64,000 bases of DNA from Felis catus. Its lineage: Eukaryota. A program made the position numbers and the translations under genes. Position 1 is the stretch's first letter; the number at the start of each line of letters is the position of its first letter. The DNA lies in the NCBI RefSeq assembly GCF_018350175.1, contig NC_058372.1, positions 112,406,001 to 112,470,000 on the forward strand, read 5' to 3'. A model generated the notes under the pieces. It was not told the DNA's origin. It did no database searches and was given only the letters and a program-made list of their open reading frames with translations. Shown one piece after another: positions 1-13,665 of the stretch.

Positions 1-130
1 CTGGAAATGGAAAAAAAACCCTGCTGGCCAGTAGGAGACTTGCCACTAGCATTCACGGGGAAGAAGAAAGGGTTGGTGTTTGTGCAGCATCGCCTTACTG
101 TGGGTCTCCCTGCTGCCCATCTTCATTTCT

Positions 131-351
131 TTTATTTGTAAAAATTTTTTTTAAATGTTTACTTATTATTTTTGAGAGAGAAAGACAGAGCATGAGTGGG
201 GGAGAGGCAGAGAGAGAGGGAGACACAGAAACCGAAGCAGGCTCCAGGCTCCCAGCTGTCAGCACAGAGCCCGACGCAGAACCCATGGTCTGCGAGATCA
301 TGACCTGAGCCGAAGTCAGATGCTTAACCTCTTGAGCCACCCATGCGCCCC
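131..351 (-). mobile_element. Can-SINE (tRNA-derived) with 17-bp TSD
   Basis: Reverse-complemented SINE head, (CT)n and A-tail. TSD tgcccatcttcatttct at 114-130 and 352-368. Confidence 0.95.
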
Positions 352-736
352 TGCCCATCTTCATTTCTAAGGAAAGAAGTATTAATTTTAACCTCCTTTG
401 TTAACTTGTCAGCTAAGACTGAGTCCACTTTTCTGAGCTTTCATAAGAACCCAGAGAGAAAAGAGACTATTGGTTGTGGTTCCGAACACCAACCAAGCAC
501 TTTGCCATGGCCTAATCTGCATTGAGCCCCATGGGACATGCCTCCCTCATGGTCTGCACTCGACACACACATACATGCTTACTGATACAGCTAGGCCCAT
601 GTGTGGCCACTCCAGTGAGAGCTGGGTCTGTCACTTCTTGAAAGATTTTAACTAGTATCCACGTTGTCCATGGCAAACATTTAATTACATGGGCACTGAC
701 TGTGCAGTTCAGCTCTGCCTGGCTGGTTGTTTACAA

Positions 737-965
737 TAATCATTGCTAACATCTGTTCATTGTCCTTAGGTGTTAGACATTGTACCCAACAGTTTACATA
801 CTTTAATCTCATTTAATCCTCCAGCCAATTCTTTGCAATAGTTTCTATTATTTTCTGTATTTTACAGATGAGGAAAGTGAAGCTTAGGGCAGCTAAATGA
901 GGTAGCCAGGCTTGTTCAGCTAATAATTGTGTTGCTAGGACTAGACTCAGGCTCCTCATACTCCA
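737..965 (-). mobile_element. MIR SINE
   Basis: Contains tctcatttaatcct and ttttacagatgaggaaa, the reverse complement of the MIR core. Confidence 0.8.
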
Positions 966-1496
966 GAGGCTGTATCCTTAAATTATCCTGGGTGGGGATT
1001 GGGGCAAAGGCCTATCCCCAGTGGTGTATGGGAGAAGGACTTCAGGAGTTTTCTCTAGTTGCTTATGTTTATATTCCCCTTTTCCATCCCCATTTTCCTC
1101 CTTCCTCCTCCCCTCCTTTTCCTTATTCTGATAGGCTTTCCTGGGCAGGCAGGGTGCTGGGGAGTGTCTCTTCTCACCACTGAAGGTCACTGCCACACTG
1201 AGTCACTGTTACTGAGGGGTGCCATAGCCTTCAGGAGTACTGTGATGGCAAAGTAGCTGAGAACCAGTGGGCTGAGGGAAAAAGTAGCTGAGAACCAGTG
1301 GCTGGAAGCTGGCTGACAAATCTCCAGACCATTTTTCTGTGACTTCCTGTGTGAGTCGTTCTCTTTGTGATGCCATAACTTCAGGTGGCACGTGTGGCTC
1401 CGAAGTGATGTAGAAGGATGGAAGACAGCTCCCATGGATGTGAAAGGCGTATGTTTATGAAAAATATGAAACATGTATATAAAATGTGTATATATG

Positions 1497-1771
1497 AGGG
1501 ATGCCTGGGTGGCTCAGTCGGTTTAGTGTCTGACTTCGGTTCAGGTCATGATCTTGGGTTCATGAGTTTGAGCCCTCCATTGGGCTCTGTGCTTTCAGTG
1601 CAAAGCCCGCTTCAGACCCTCTGTCCCCTCTCTCTCTGCCCCTCCCCCCCTTACACATGCTGTCCTTCTCTCAAAAATAAATAAACATTTAATAATAAAA
1701 ATATTTAATTTAAACATTTATTTAATTTAAACATAATTTAAACATTTAATAATAAAAAAATAAACATAATT
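1497..1771 (+). mobile_element. Can-SINE with expanded AT-rich tail
   Basis: gggatgcctgggtggctcagtcgg...ctctcaaaaataaataaac. Degenerate TSD aaaatgtgtatatatg (1481-1496) / aaaatgcgcatatatg (1772-1787). Confidence 0.92.
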
Positions 1772-2429
1772 AAAATGCGCATATATGGAAACATACATAT
1801 ACAAAACACATATATGAAAAAATACATATGTGAGAAAATATGTATTAAAAATATATTTGTATTAGACTCTAGATATGTATTTCCTCCTCTCCTAGCTCCA
1901 GCATCAATGTGAGTAAGGGTGCAAAGCGATTTTACATTCATTATGCAGCAACTCTCCCTAGAGCCTTACAGGGGGATGAAAGCCATGCCCCAGCCTTCAA
2001 GGAGTGCACGACCCAAAGGGCTTTTGTTTCTTGAGGATAACACTGACAATTCAATTAGTAGATCAGATTTCTTAGATCATGATGATTCAGACAGACAGAA
2101 TTCCGTGGGACAAAAGCTAACACGAGACTTCATGCTTTTCAGTCCCTAGGAGCCGACTGGAACCACTTTTGGAGTTCAAGGTTATTTACTCAATTATGGG
2201 ATTAATATTAAGTGTGACTATTTCATTTACCTTGGCAATTTCTAGTTTACCATCAGTTAGAAATGACAGTTAATAGCAGGGAGAGATTTGGAAGAAATAC
2301 TAACTTTACGTTCTTGGTATTTTGGGGCTTTTTATTTGTTTAAGGGTTCAAAGCCTTATAACTCAGTCTCTGACATCATCTGTAAGTAAATCACTGCACC
2401 AGGAAAGTAGTGTTTTTTTTTTTCCATAA

Positions 2430-2900
2430 GCACGCCTCTTATCCTGTCATTCCCCTGCTCAGAAACCTTCATTGCTTCTCCATTGCTTTCACTCAACTTT
2501 ACACAGACGTCAAGGTTCTCTTTTATCTGGACCAAACATCCTTTTTGGTGCATCTCCTACCACCTCACCTAGAGCCTTCGCCCCAGCTGGTCAAGCAAGT
2601 CTTCATTCTTTTACCATACCTGAGCCTTTTTGGTTCTGCCCATGTTCTTCTACAGGCTCTCCCTTCTCATCTCTACTTGTCAAATCCTTTTGTTGTGTGA
2701 AACTCAATTCAAATAACATTATCTCTGTGAAGACCTTCAGGGTTGGCTATCGGAATTAAACACTTCTTATTTGTGCCAACGGTACATTGTTTAGACCTTG
2801 GCTAAAGTGTTTAATACGCTCTTTCTTGATTTATAGTTAGCTGGGTACATTGAAGATCTACTCTGTTCTTTGAGGGTAAGAAGCACGTCACACATTTTTT
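2430..2900 (+). mobile_element. Degraded LINE-2 fragment
   Basis: L2-like tracts such as tcattcccctgctcagaaaccttcattgcttctccattgc. Boundaries approximate. Confidence 0.55.
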
Positions 2901-3073
2901 TGCCTCATCCTTCAGTGAGAGAAAGATTTTGTATTAAATGAGTCATTTTTAAATAGTTTAACATTAAGTAAACTTTGGATCTGTTGAAAAGGCACTTATG
3001 GTGATATTCCCTGATAATCCTAGATTAATCAGCATTGTCGCTTTGAATTTCTTCTGATCAACACCTGAATTTT

Positions 3074-3292
3074 AAAAAAATTTTTTTTTCAACGTTTATT
3101 TATTTTTGGGACAGAGAGAGATAGAGCATGAACGGGGGAGGGGCAGAGAGAGAGGGAGACACAGAATCGGAAACAGGCTCCAGGCTCTGAGCCATCAGCC
3201 CAGAGCCCGACGCGGGGCTCGAACTCACAGACCGCGAGATCGTGACCTGGCTGAAGTCGGACGCTTAACCGACTGCGCCACCCAGGCGCCCC
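3074..3292 (-). mobile_element. Young feline-type Can-SINE (SINEC_Fc-like)
   Basis: Reverse complement reads ggggcgcctgggtggcgcagtcggttaagcgtccgacttcagccaggtcacg..., with CpGs largely intact. Confidence 0.96.
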
Positions 3293-3745
3293 ATCACCTG
3301 CATTTTTTTTATCCTTTGGTGCAACAAGCATGTTTTAACCTTAGAGCTTTTGAACTGGCCACTCCCTCTCTCAGAAAACTTCTTTGTTTTTTTGGAGTTT
3401 TACATGGCAGCTCTTTCTTGGAGCCAGCACAACTGACCCATCTTAGAGAGGCTCTCCCTCACTTCTCAAACCATCGCTGGCCATGTGTTGAGACAGAAAC
3501 CTTGTTTCTATCACCACACCCCCGTTGTACCCTAGGCACTACCATAACCAGGGAGGTTGCTTATCTGCCATCATGTGTCTCTTAAACTTCATGAGAGTGG
3601 AGGATGTGTCCACTCTGAGAATCATTGGTTTCCAGGACTTACAATGGTGCCAGACTCACAGTGGTGCCATTCAGGTCATATATTATTTAAAATGAGTGGT
3701 TTTCAACATTGGCTGCCCATCAGTGTCACCTGTGGGACTTAAAGA

Positions 3746-3776
3746 CAAAACAAAACAAAACAAAACAAAACAAAAC
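3746..3776. repeat. (AAAAC)n microsatellite
   Basis: caaaacaaaacaaaacaaaacaaaacaaaac. Confidence 0.95.
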
Positions 3777-6650
3777 ACACAGATGTGCAACAACACAGTT
3801 GACCTCAAAGATTCTAACTCATTTGGCCTGGAATGACGCCCTTAAATGTGGCTCTAAATGTATGAATCATCAAAGGCCCAGGAAAACAGGGAAAGATAAG
3901 CTCTCCATAGCTTCCAAAGCTGTGGTTGTTTTTAAGACTTTCTGCATTTTGTTTTAAATCCTCATCTCCTATCCTTAATCCTTGTGACTGTCACGGAGAG
4001 ATAATTAGTAGATCAAACATGAACTTACATTAGCCACAGAAACATCTGGGGGCAGTTCCGAAGTTTTAATTATGGTTTCAGTAATGTAAGAGCTTAATTA
4101 TAGTTTCAGTGTTGAAGCAAGTTTGGGTATGTTGCCCTACAAATAAAGGAAATGTGAATAATTATCACCTGGGCTTTGGTCTCATTGCCTAGACCAACAG
4201 TTGCCAGATTATTTTAAAGAAGTATACTACATGTTAAATGGTTATTTTTCTGTTAGCTTATATGAAGTACATTGAATAACTTGAAATAATGCTTACTTTA
4301 CCTATAATACGTACTTAGGTGTTTTTCAGGGTCCGTTAAAACCGTACCACTGATTTCCCTGAAAATAGAGTTTTTCTGTTTTTCCTCATATTTGTGTTTT
4401 TGATAACAGATTTTATTCTTAGACTCTCCACCTCCCTCATCACCAGAGTATGTAAACAGATTTTAGGATCTGCCGTCCCTCTGATTTTACACATGAGACA
4501 TGGAGGTGAGCATGAGGAAAACTCGAACTCGGAGCCACAGCCTCAAGTTGGTGGCAAATTCCAGCATTGGAATTCCTCCCTCTTAGTATCAAGGCAGGAA
4601 AATAAAAACAACAGCCTTAAAACTATTTCTCAGAGAGATCTGGTCAGTCCTGCACTTTTAATCAGAGTAGTCATATGGTGACTCTCCCACCGGGGATCTC
4701 CCGAAAAGATTTTCCCAGCGTTTTCCAGACCATGAACAGATAATACATTTGATTTGTAACTTTAAGATAATTTCCTAAAACAAATTCACAGTCCTGCTTG
4801 CTGACATTTTAACTCCTTTTTCTTATTGTTTGCTGAGAAAAAAGCTGTTTCTCTTTTCTTTTCAACATGCCTCCTGATGTTGAACAACCTCTAGAAGTGT
4901 CCCTTTTCCAGACTAAAATATGTTTTTATGTGTTGTCACTTTGGACTTCCAAACCCTTGAATCATTTGACGTTTCCGTCTTGGTAGGTCTGTTGTCTTTA
5001 TAATCTCTAATTACATAGTTATAAACAGCTCATATATTTGCCACTGTCCATTTCAGTGTAGAACAGTATTAATCAAGTTCACAAGTTCAGAAATACAAGA
5101 AATGGACCTTTTCTTATTTTTCTGCATCTCATTTTCCTGTCTCTTTTGAGTTCTTTTTCTACCAGGGAGAGTTTTAGAAAAATGTTTGTCCCCCAAATTG
5201 GGAGACACTCACTCCCTCTCTCCCTGCCTGACCTAAAAGTAAAGGGTTTTTTGAGTGTAAGTGTAAGGCTCAAAGCTCTAAGAGGCAGAACAGTGGGAAG
5301 GATTTTTTTAAACAAAGTCTATTTTCTACTCAAAGTAGAAAATCATATAAAGTTCTCATCAGGAATGCACACTTGCTATTTCTAAAATAACAGGTGATTT
5401 AATATTTTGTTAACGTTAGACCATACTTCAGAAGCAAGAGTGCCTTTCAGTGATTACTTCAAACTGAGCTGTACCCCAGAAAATTATAACCACTTGCCAC
5501 GTTGCTTTTCCTTTCATTTTAGTGCTAAGGGTTCTGATGCGTGGCAGGGACTAGGTAAGTGAAAGTGGGTATGATTGGTGAAGTGGAAGAATCCAAAGGG
5601 GAGTGAAGCCTCTAAACTTTATGGGCAAGAGTTGTGCCATCCAATTACCAAAGAGTCTAAAAAACACATTTGGGTGTCCATTGCTTGAAACAGTACAGTT
5701 GTTAGTGTCTCCAGAAAAAAGGAAATAAAAGGGAAAGATAAGGAACGTCACAGCAGGTTATGGTTAACAGGCTGACTGCTGGTGCCCACACTGCTGAGCC
5801 TGGCAAGTGCCTGTGCTGCTCTAGGTCACTGTGCGGTGAGCCAAGGGACCAGTTAGCCCAGGGACCTCCGAGTGCGCTCATGGCTCCAGTTCAAGAACTA
5901 AGGGTGAGGATCTGGGAAGGTCAACACTGTCAAAGCCCTACCAGGAACTAGGATTATACCCAGGGCTTCAAGCCCAGGCGCTGGCTCTCTGCCTGCTCTG
6001 AGTGTGGTCTTGCTTCTGCCTTGCTTCCTGAAGCAAGGAGCCCAAGGTCTGTCTGCCTTCAGGGGCCGAAGATCTGCAGTTAGTTGCCAATGGATCCTGA
6101 TTACAGCAGGGGAAGGGCTTTCAGCCTCTAGGAGGCTCTTTCAGTGCTTTTAATCATTTAAGGCAGTTTGAGGCTTCTGTGTCTACTGTCTTCACAAGCA
6201 TGTGGTAGAGCATTTGAAACCTGGTGGTGGGTTGGTAAGTGATGTTTCAGCTAGTGATGGGAACATTGCACAGTTCCCCTCCTTGATGATTATCCATCTC
6301 TACTCACTTGCAGTGGCTGCCCCAGTTCTCTCCCTGCGCCCACATGCTCGATGCATGGGAGAAGGGAAATCTGTTTACAAACATATGACCAGCTTCCAAA
6401 CTTGGGAAGTCCAGGGACACACTAAGATGATAGGTTGCCCGAATATGGAAAAAGCAGGGGAACTCAGCTCACAACTTTCCGTGAACATCAATTTTCTTAC
6501 CTGTAAATTAGGAACAGTGATGCCTAACCATATGCATCAGCATACATCAAACCCCTGGCCTAGTGCCTCACACATTATGACCACAAACTCCAGCTCCCTC
6601 CCAGCAGCTGTAATTGCAGAGGTTGTCTCTGTGCTCAAGCAGATCTTCCT

Positions 6651-6870
6651 CGGTGGTTCTCAACTGGATGCGGCTTTGCCCTGCAGGGGACATTGGGCAA
6701 TGTCTGGAGACAGTTTTGATGATCACACCTTGGGGGGAAGGATCCTTACTGGTATGTCGCTGGAAGAGGTCGTATCTACTACTAAACATCGGACAATGCA
6801 CAGGACAGTCTCCCACAACAAACAATCCTCTGGCCCAAAATGTCAAGTAGTGTCAGGGTTGAGAACCCAT
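6651..6870 (+). mobile_element. MER20 (hAT-Charlie non-autonomous DNA transposon), near full length
   Basis: Ends cggtggttctcaac and gttgagaaccc form terminal inverted repeats. Internal ggggacattgggcaatgtctggagaca and acaatgcacaggacag resemble MER20. Confidence 0.88.
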
Positions 6871-9542
6871 CTAGCTGCAAGTCTTAAGAAAAAGGGACGA
6901 GGTTGGCTTTATCCTTAGGAAAAAGAATATGTTGACCTACTAACATTACTGACCTCTTCTGGCATCTAGACACAAAGAGCCTGTAGAATCTAGACACTGC
7001 TGTGAAACTAAATCTGTTTCTGATGAAGGGAGACTGTTCCTTAATTCTAAGCAGAAAGTAAGGTTTTTGTTTGTTTGTTTTTTGTGTTTTTCTTATTTAA
7101 AGCAATTTAAGCAATTCTATATCAATAAGCAACTGGTTGATTGAAGTATGGATTGAAAGATATAAGGGTGGATTTTGTTGATTTTAATTTTTACCAATAA
7201 TACAACCTACAAAATGTTTTGCTAGACTTGCATGATTTACTAAATAATTACTGATGTCTGCATGACACCTAGGACCAAAAGTCAAGTGTTAAGTTCTATG
7301 TTTTAGAGACTTATTTCAACTTTACGGAGAAAAGATATTAAGTGTATATTGCCTTAAATATGTAAGTAAAATGTGTTGGAATTGAGCATTTATGTCACAA
7401 AATATTGGAAACTGGATGTTGGTGAAAATGTTCACCAACATGCATAAAATGACAATGCATAAAAATGCTTTGGAGTCATAGGGCAATCTTAAAGCTCGAC
7501 TTTCATTGTGTTTTTATGTTGTTCTGTTGTTAAGTGAAGCCTGCTTGGTGGGGGGATTGCCACCTAGCTGCCTGGTTGGGCTGCCAGGGACACAGGAGAG
7601 CCGACAGTCATTGCCATGTGTAACAGCTGCTAGTCTGTGTACCCTTCTGAGGTCACACCTTTCTAGGGGAACATACATTTCAAAGCCACTGATTAATAGT
7701 AAAACCCTTTTTCTTTTCAGACTTTGGTTTTTTAGTTTTGCTTGCCAACTGGGATGGATTTTAAAAGGGGACTCGGGGTCCTTCCTGCTTCTATGTTTAG
7801 TATGCCATAAATTCCATTAATAAATTCTTAAGAGAGTTTGAGCTTTTGTTTTTTACAAAATAGTCCTAGATTTAGTCATCTGTTAAAAATGCGTTGAAAA
7901 TGGATTGCATGTGTACAAAATTATACTTGCCACAGGTTTAAATGCATATTTTCTTTGAAAACATTCGCATTCAAAATATCAGAAATACTTTCAGAAAATA
8001 GGGACGAAAGGTATATACAGTTTCTCGACATGACATGAGTAATTCAACATGACCTCATTTTTAAATGTTCCTCAGTAATCCTTTTATCTCCAGAGTGAAC
8101 AAAGGCTGTATGTCTGTGAGGGTAGGACAGTCAAGTTTCAGGTGAATTCTGATTGCAGTGGGGATGTGACCACTGTCTGAGAGACATGGAGAGCAGGAAA
8201 CTTTAGGACTATGTGTCCCTGCCCAGCTCGTCCCCAAACACACTGTCCCCTGAGCCACTTTCTAAAATCTGGACCCACTCTGCCTGGGTCTGCTCTGCTT
8301 GGTTTGCATATGTTAAGATGTATTTGTTCACGTTCCTTCACCCACTCTGTATCTGAAACAAAATCCTCATTCGTGATTTAGAAGAGTGTGCATTTGTCTT
8401 CCATTCAGGCCAAAACTGTTTGAAATGAAATGAATTAATGGATGGTTTATACATATATTGTATACATGTTGTCCTTTGGTGGTAACACTGTTAAAAAGAC
8501 TTCTCTATTCTTTCCACTCTTGTTTATATATAAATCTATCTTTTCTGAGTATGGATTTTTTTTAACGGCCTTTGATTTCAATTTTTAGTTGCCATCTATA
8601 AGACAGTTTCTCTTCCAAAACTGTGATACTCTTGCTCAGAAAGAACTCACTGATCCAACAATCCTTCTTGGTTTTGTTGTTGTTGTTGCTATCGTTGTTG
8701 TTGTTGTTTGTTTGTTTTCTGTATTTGGCTGGGGGGGTCCAATAATTCTCCATGATTCACAGGGCATGGAATTGTACTTCATTTTTATTCAACTGTATAT
8801 GCCCTTCTTCATCAGAGAGGTTTGAGAACCTATTATATGTCACAACTGTGTTAAGTGCTGGAGATTCCAACACAATTAAGATAGTGTCTCTACTCTTGAA
8901 AAGTTAGTTCATAGGTGAGGACTAATCAGCACTGAACTCCGTTTGGTATGTGCCAGAACCAGCGAGAATAGGTAAGACACATGAGGAATCAGTTAATTGA
9001 GAGAAGAGCTTCACAATGTAGGAACTATTTGATCTGGGCTTGGAGGATGAAGCCACGTAGGATACATGAAGATACTAGGAAAAGCCATGAATTGCCAAAC
9101 AGTAGCATGAGGAGAGGAATGGTAGCAGAAAGCTCCCAGTGCTTTGAGAATGGTGAACTGGTGTGGCTGATGAGGAGGCTGCTTGATGGAAAAAGGCTGA
9201 AGGGTCCTGTGCAGAGGGGCTGTACCTGATATGGAGGCCCTGCTGAGAGGGCCTGTACCAAGTGAAAATCCCTCCAAGGCTTTATGGATGTTATAGATTA
9301 GCTCATGTTTCAGTGGTATAGGTGTGATATAGGGGCCCCAAGGAACCCAATCTTGAAGGATCTACATTATTTTTTCTTAGCATATGTTTCCTTTAGAAAA
9401 TTTGAAGAATACAAGACAGCAGTTAGAAGTTAATGAAAAAAAAATCACCTATAAATTAATCTGCCAGTTATGTTCATTTTAAAGATTTTTGTGGATTTTC
9501 TCCTTGTAGTCTTTCTCTATGCAAAGAAAAATATGCATGTTA

Positions 9543-9705
9543 TGGGCGCCTGGGTGGCTCAGTCAGTTAAGCTTTCGATTCTTGTTTTCAGCTCAGGTCC
9601 TATCTCATGGTTCATGAGTTCAAGCCCTGCTTTGGGCTCTGCGCTGACAGCATAGAGCCTGCTTGGGATTCTCTCTCTTCCTTTCTCTATCCCTCCTCCC
9701 TTGTG

Positions 9706-9747
<42 letters not shown>

Positions 9748-9772
9748 ATAAATGAATAAACACTTTTTTAAA
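9543..9772 (+). mobile_element. Can-SINE
   Basis: gggcgcctgggtggctcagtcagttaag...(CT)n aaaataaatgaataaac. Imperfect TSD aaagaaaaatatgcat / aaagaaaaatttgcat. Confidence 0.95.
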
Positions 9773-10577
9773 AAAGAAAAATTTGCATTTTATATAATAT
9801 TTAATACAAAATTTAAAATTACATATTTGTATATTTTTAAATTAACATGATATTTTGAGCTGTTAATGTTTTCATTAACTGTTTTGCTGGAAAATGATTT
9901 TTTATGATGCATAATGTTCACTCGTATGGGCTTAGAAAGTATATACATAATCCTCCCTTTTGGGAAATACCTTTTTTGTAATTGTCTTCAATATTTGTCT
10001 TCAATGTAGTTTGCTAACTTTCCCAGTTAATATCATTAAAGCATAATAATATGATATTAGTGACATAGTGCATTTGTTTACTAATTAAGCTGGAAAAAAA
10101 GATAGTAATAATTAAATGCTGTTGACCTGAATCAAACAGAGGCATTTCCTTTGATAGTAGTGAGAGTAATTTGAGTTAGATGTTAGGAAAGATTCTCTCA
10201 CTAGAACAATTGTGAGACAGTATTTGTGACCATGGGACTCTTGAATCTATAGTCTCATGTTCTGGATATTTTTAAAATAAACAGGATTTAAGTACTGTCT
10301 TCCTTACCATAATTGACTATGATAGACAGTGTATTATGGCTGTCCTTAAGTTTGTAATCCTTTACATTTTTATCTATATTTAAAATTTAATTTAAAATAG
10401 AGATTTTGAAAAATTTTAANNNNNNNNNNNNNNNNNNNNNNNNNNNNNNNNNNNNNNNNNNNNNNNNNNNNNNNNNNNNNNNNNNNNNNNNNNNNNNNNN
10501 NNNNNNNNNNNNNNNNNNNNNNNNNNNNNNNNNNNNNNNNNNNNNNNNNNNNNNNNNNNNNNNNNNNNNNNNNNNNN

Positions 10578-10790
10578 GTTCGCAGATGGCCTTTTGTCTG
10601 TGTCCCTACCTGGCAGAAGGGGCTAGGGAGCTCTGTGGGTTTTCTTGTATAAGAGCATTAATCTCATTCATGAGGGCTCCACCCTCACGACTTAATCACC
10701 CCCAAAGGCCCCACCTCCAGATACCATTACATTGGCGTTTTGATTTCAACACATGAATTTTGAGGATACACAAACATTTGGTCCATTGCA
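10578..10790 (-). mobile_element. MaLR LTR fragment (MLT1A/MST-like), cut by the N gap at 10420-10577
   Basis: attcatgagggctccaccctcacgacttaatcacc...caacacatgaattttg...caaacatttggtccattgca. Confidence 0.8.
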
Positions 10791-11721
10791 CACGCAATTG
10801 TAACCAATTAAGCACTCTTGGGGTATATAAAACATATTTAATTTCCTTTTCTCTATCCAATATCACTTTTTTGCAGCATTAACAATTCAGTATATATCTT
10901 TTCTCACCTTTCTCAGTGCTCATACAACATGTGCACATTCATGGGTATGTTGAGCACAGCACTATGTACTGGTTATTAATCCCAAGGGAGCAAAATACTG
11001 TATACTAGTATCAGGGGAAGTTGCAAGGAAAACAACACAGTCAAGCACTGAGTAGAACAACACTTTACTTATATAGAGAAGAGACAGAGTAGGATCTGTT
11101 TCAATACATGCATTGCTCCCTCAGGGCTAGTAGCCCGCGGCACTGCCCACTGCAGCTGACTCAGGGTGTTTGGCTTCTGGGCAACCCTCTGGTTTGTTTC
11201 TACCACTACCAACAATAAAGTGAAAAACTCCAACCTCTCTGTGGAGTCTATACTGAAAGCTAGGGTGCGCCTGAGGACCATTGACATGCACTCAGGGAGT
11301 TTCAGATAGAGAAAGATAATTGCCCACAAGGTGATAAGCCCTGCACAGGCTACGTGGGCTCCTTGTCTTTTATTAGGGAAGTGTCCCAAGCTCAAGGCCC
11401 ATTCTTATGTGGCCAAATGGGGGTCCAAAGACTGCATGCTTGAGACAGCCTTTCCCAGTAGTTTTTCTTGCTCTCCCTAAGTGTAGGATGTGTAAACAAA
11501 AGTGACTCAGCAACTTGCTTCACACATTTAACAATATACGGTGAACCATTTCTCCTGGTCAATGCATGTCATCCGGTTCATTATTTTTAAGGACTGAAAA
11601 ATTGTATGCAGTTTGGGTCTCCTGTACCTGTTTCAGTTGTTCCCCTTCTCATGGGCCCCTGCATTTTTTGTAGTTTTCTACCGCTACCAACAAAGCTGCA
11701 GTAAGTTTTAAAACCAATCTA

Positions 11722-11928
11722 GGGGCGCCTGGGTGGCTCAGTCAGTTAAGTGTCTGACTCTTGGTATCGGCTCGGGTCATGATCTCACGGGTCTGTGAGT
11801 TCGAGCCCCGCATCAGGCTCTGTGCTGACAGCCCAGAGCCTGTTTTGGATTCTGTGTCTCCCTCTCTCTCTCTCTGCCTCTCCCCCACTTGTGTGCTCTC
11901 AAAAATGAATAAACATTAAAAAAAAAAA
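11722..11928 (+). mobile_element. Can-SINE inside an old antisense L1M remnant (about 11500-12230)
   Basis: ggggcgcctgggtggctcagtc...aaaatgaataaacattaaaa. TSD caatcta on both sides. Confidence 0.94.
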
Positions 11929-12467
11929 CAATCTAATTAGGTGTGCTTTTTTGTCCCTGTAGATGAGTTCTCAAGAGTGGGATGGTAGGGTCAGAGGCCC
12001 TCCCAACCCACTGCACATTCCAGAATTCAACGATGTTTTCGAGGACCTATTTTTTCACAACCTTGCCAACACAGGCTGTTCGGCTACTTCTGCATTTTTG
12101 CCAGTCTCTTAGGTGAAAAATGGTATATCTAAGATTTTAATTTGCATTTTCCTTATTCTCCTTGTTACTAATAGGTTGTCTTTTCGTATTTTATTTGCCT
12201 TACATTTTTCCTAATTCTTGCATATTTTATTTTTGCCGAACATTTCATGATTCAGAAACACATACTTCTGTCTACTTTAGCATTTATTTTTCTACCTAGA
12301 TTTCAAGAGAAAAGATATTTCCTTGTGGGCATTGTCAGTCACAGCTACTTGAAATGTTAAACATTTGAGAAGTGAAACTGGAGAAATGTGGATGGTACTG
12401 AACTGACTGCTTAAAGTAAAGAGGAGACTACCCATACCTCTGACTAGTGCTTTTTAAATGACCAGGC

Positions 12468-13611
12468 TTGTGAAAAGAATGTACAGTGGGGGGCACATGG
12501 GTGGCCCAGTCAGTTGGGTGTCCAACTTTGGCTCAGGCAGGTCATGATCTCGCGGTTCCCAAGTTCGAGTCCCTTATCCAGCTCTCTGCTGTCAGTGTAG
12601 AGCCTGNNNNNNNNNNNNNNNNNNNNNNNNNNNNNNNNNNNNNNNNNNNNNNNNNNNNNNNNNNNNNNNNNNNNNNNNNNNNNNNNNNNNNNNNNNNNNN
12701 NNNNNNNNNNNNNNNNNNNNNNNNNNNNNNNNNNNNNNNNNNNNNNNNNNNNNNNNNNNNNNNNNNNNNNNNNNNNNNNNNNNNNNNNNNNNNTACAATA
12801 CACAGAAAATAAGCCCAAAATGGTTAAAGACCTAAATGTGAGACCTGAAACCATAAATCTCCCTAAAGAAAACATAGGCAATAATCTCTTAGCAAACTTT
12901 TTCTAGATATGTCACCTCAGGCAAAGGAAACAAAAGCAAAAATAAAGTACTTGGATTACACCAAAATCAAAAACTTTTGCACAGCGAAGGAAACCATCAA
13001 CAAAAGAAAAAGGCAACCTACTGAATGGAAGAAGATATTTGCAAATACTATATCTGGTAAGAGGTTAATATTCAAAATATATGAAGAACTCACACAACTC
13101 AATGACAAAAAGAACTCTCCAAAAATCTGATTAGAAAATGATCACGGGACCTGAATAGATATTTTTCCAAAGACATATAGATGGCAAACAGACACATGAA
13201 AACATGCACATCATTAAATCATCAGGGAAATGCAAATCAAAACCATAGTGAGATATCACCTTACACCTGTCTGAATAGCTAATATCAAAAAAACAGATAA
13301 CAAGTATCGGCAAGAATGTGGAGAAAAGCAAGCCCTTGTGCCCTGTTGGTGGAAATGAAATTGGTACTGCCACTGTGGAAAACAGTATGGAGTTTCCTCA
13401 AACAATTAAAAATAGAAATACCATATGATCTAATAATTCCGCTACTGGGTATTAAGCCAAAGGAAATGAAAACACTAATTTGAAAAGATATGTACACACC
13501 CATATTTATTGCAATATTGTTTACAATAACCAAGAAACAGGAACATCCCAAGTGTCTACTGATAGATGAATAGGTAAAGAAGATATGGTATATGTGTGTA
13601 TGTAGGTTTGA

Positions 13612-13665
<54 letters not shown>

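Noticed and set aside
1250-1301. Repeat-spacer-repeat pattern as CRISPR-like
   Set aside because: Only two copies, a 10-bp spacer, mammalian intron, no cas genes.
3106-3585. 159-aa ORF and the many GAWVAQSV / LSLSLSLSK ORFs
   Set aside because: Translations of Can-SINE sequence.
6202-6918. 238-aa ORF, the longest in the track
   Set aside because: GTG start, runs through MER20, no recognisable protein, no exon structure.
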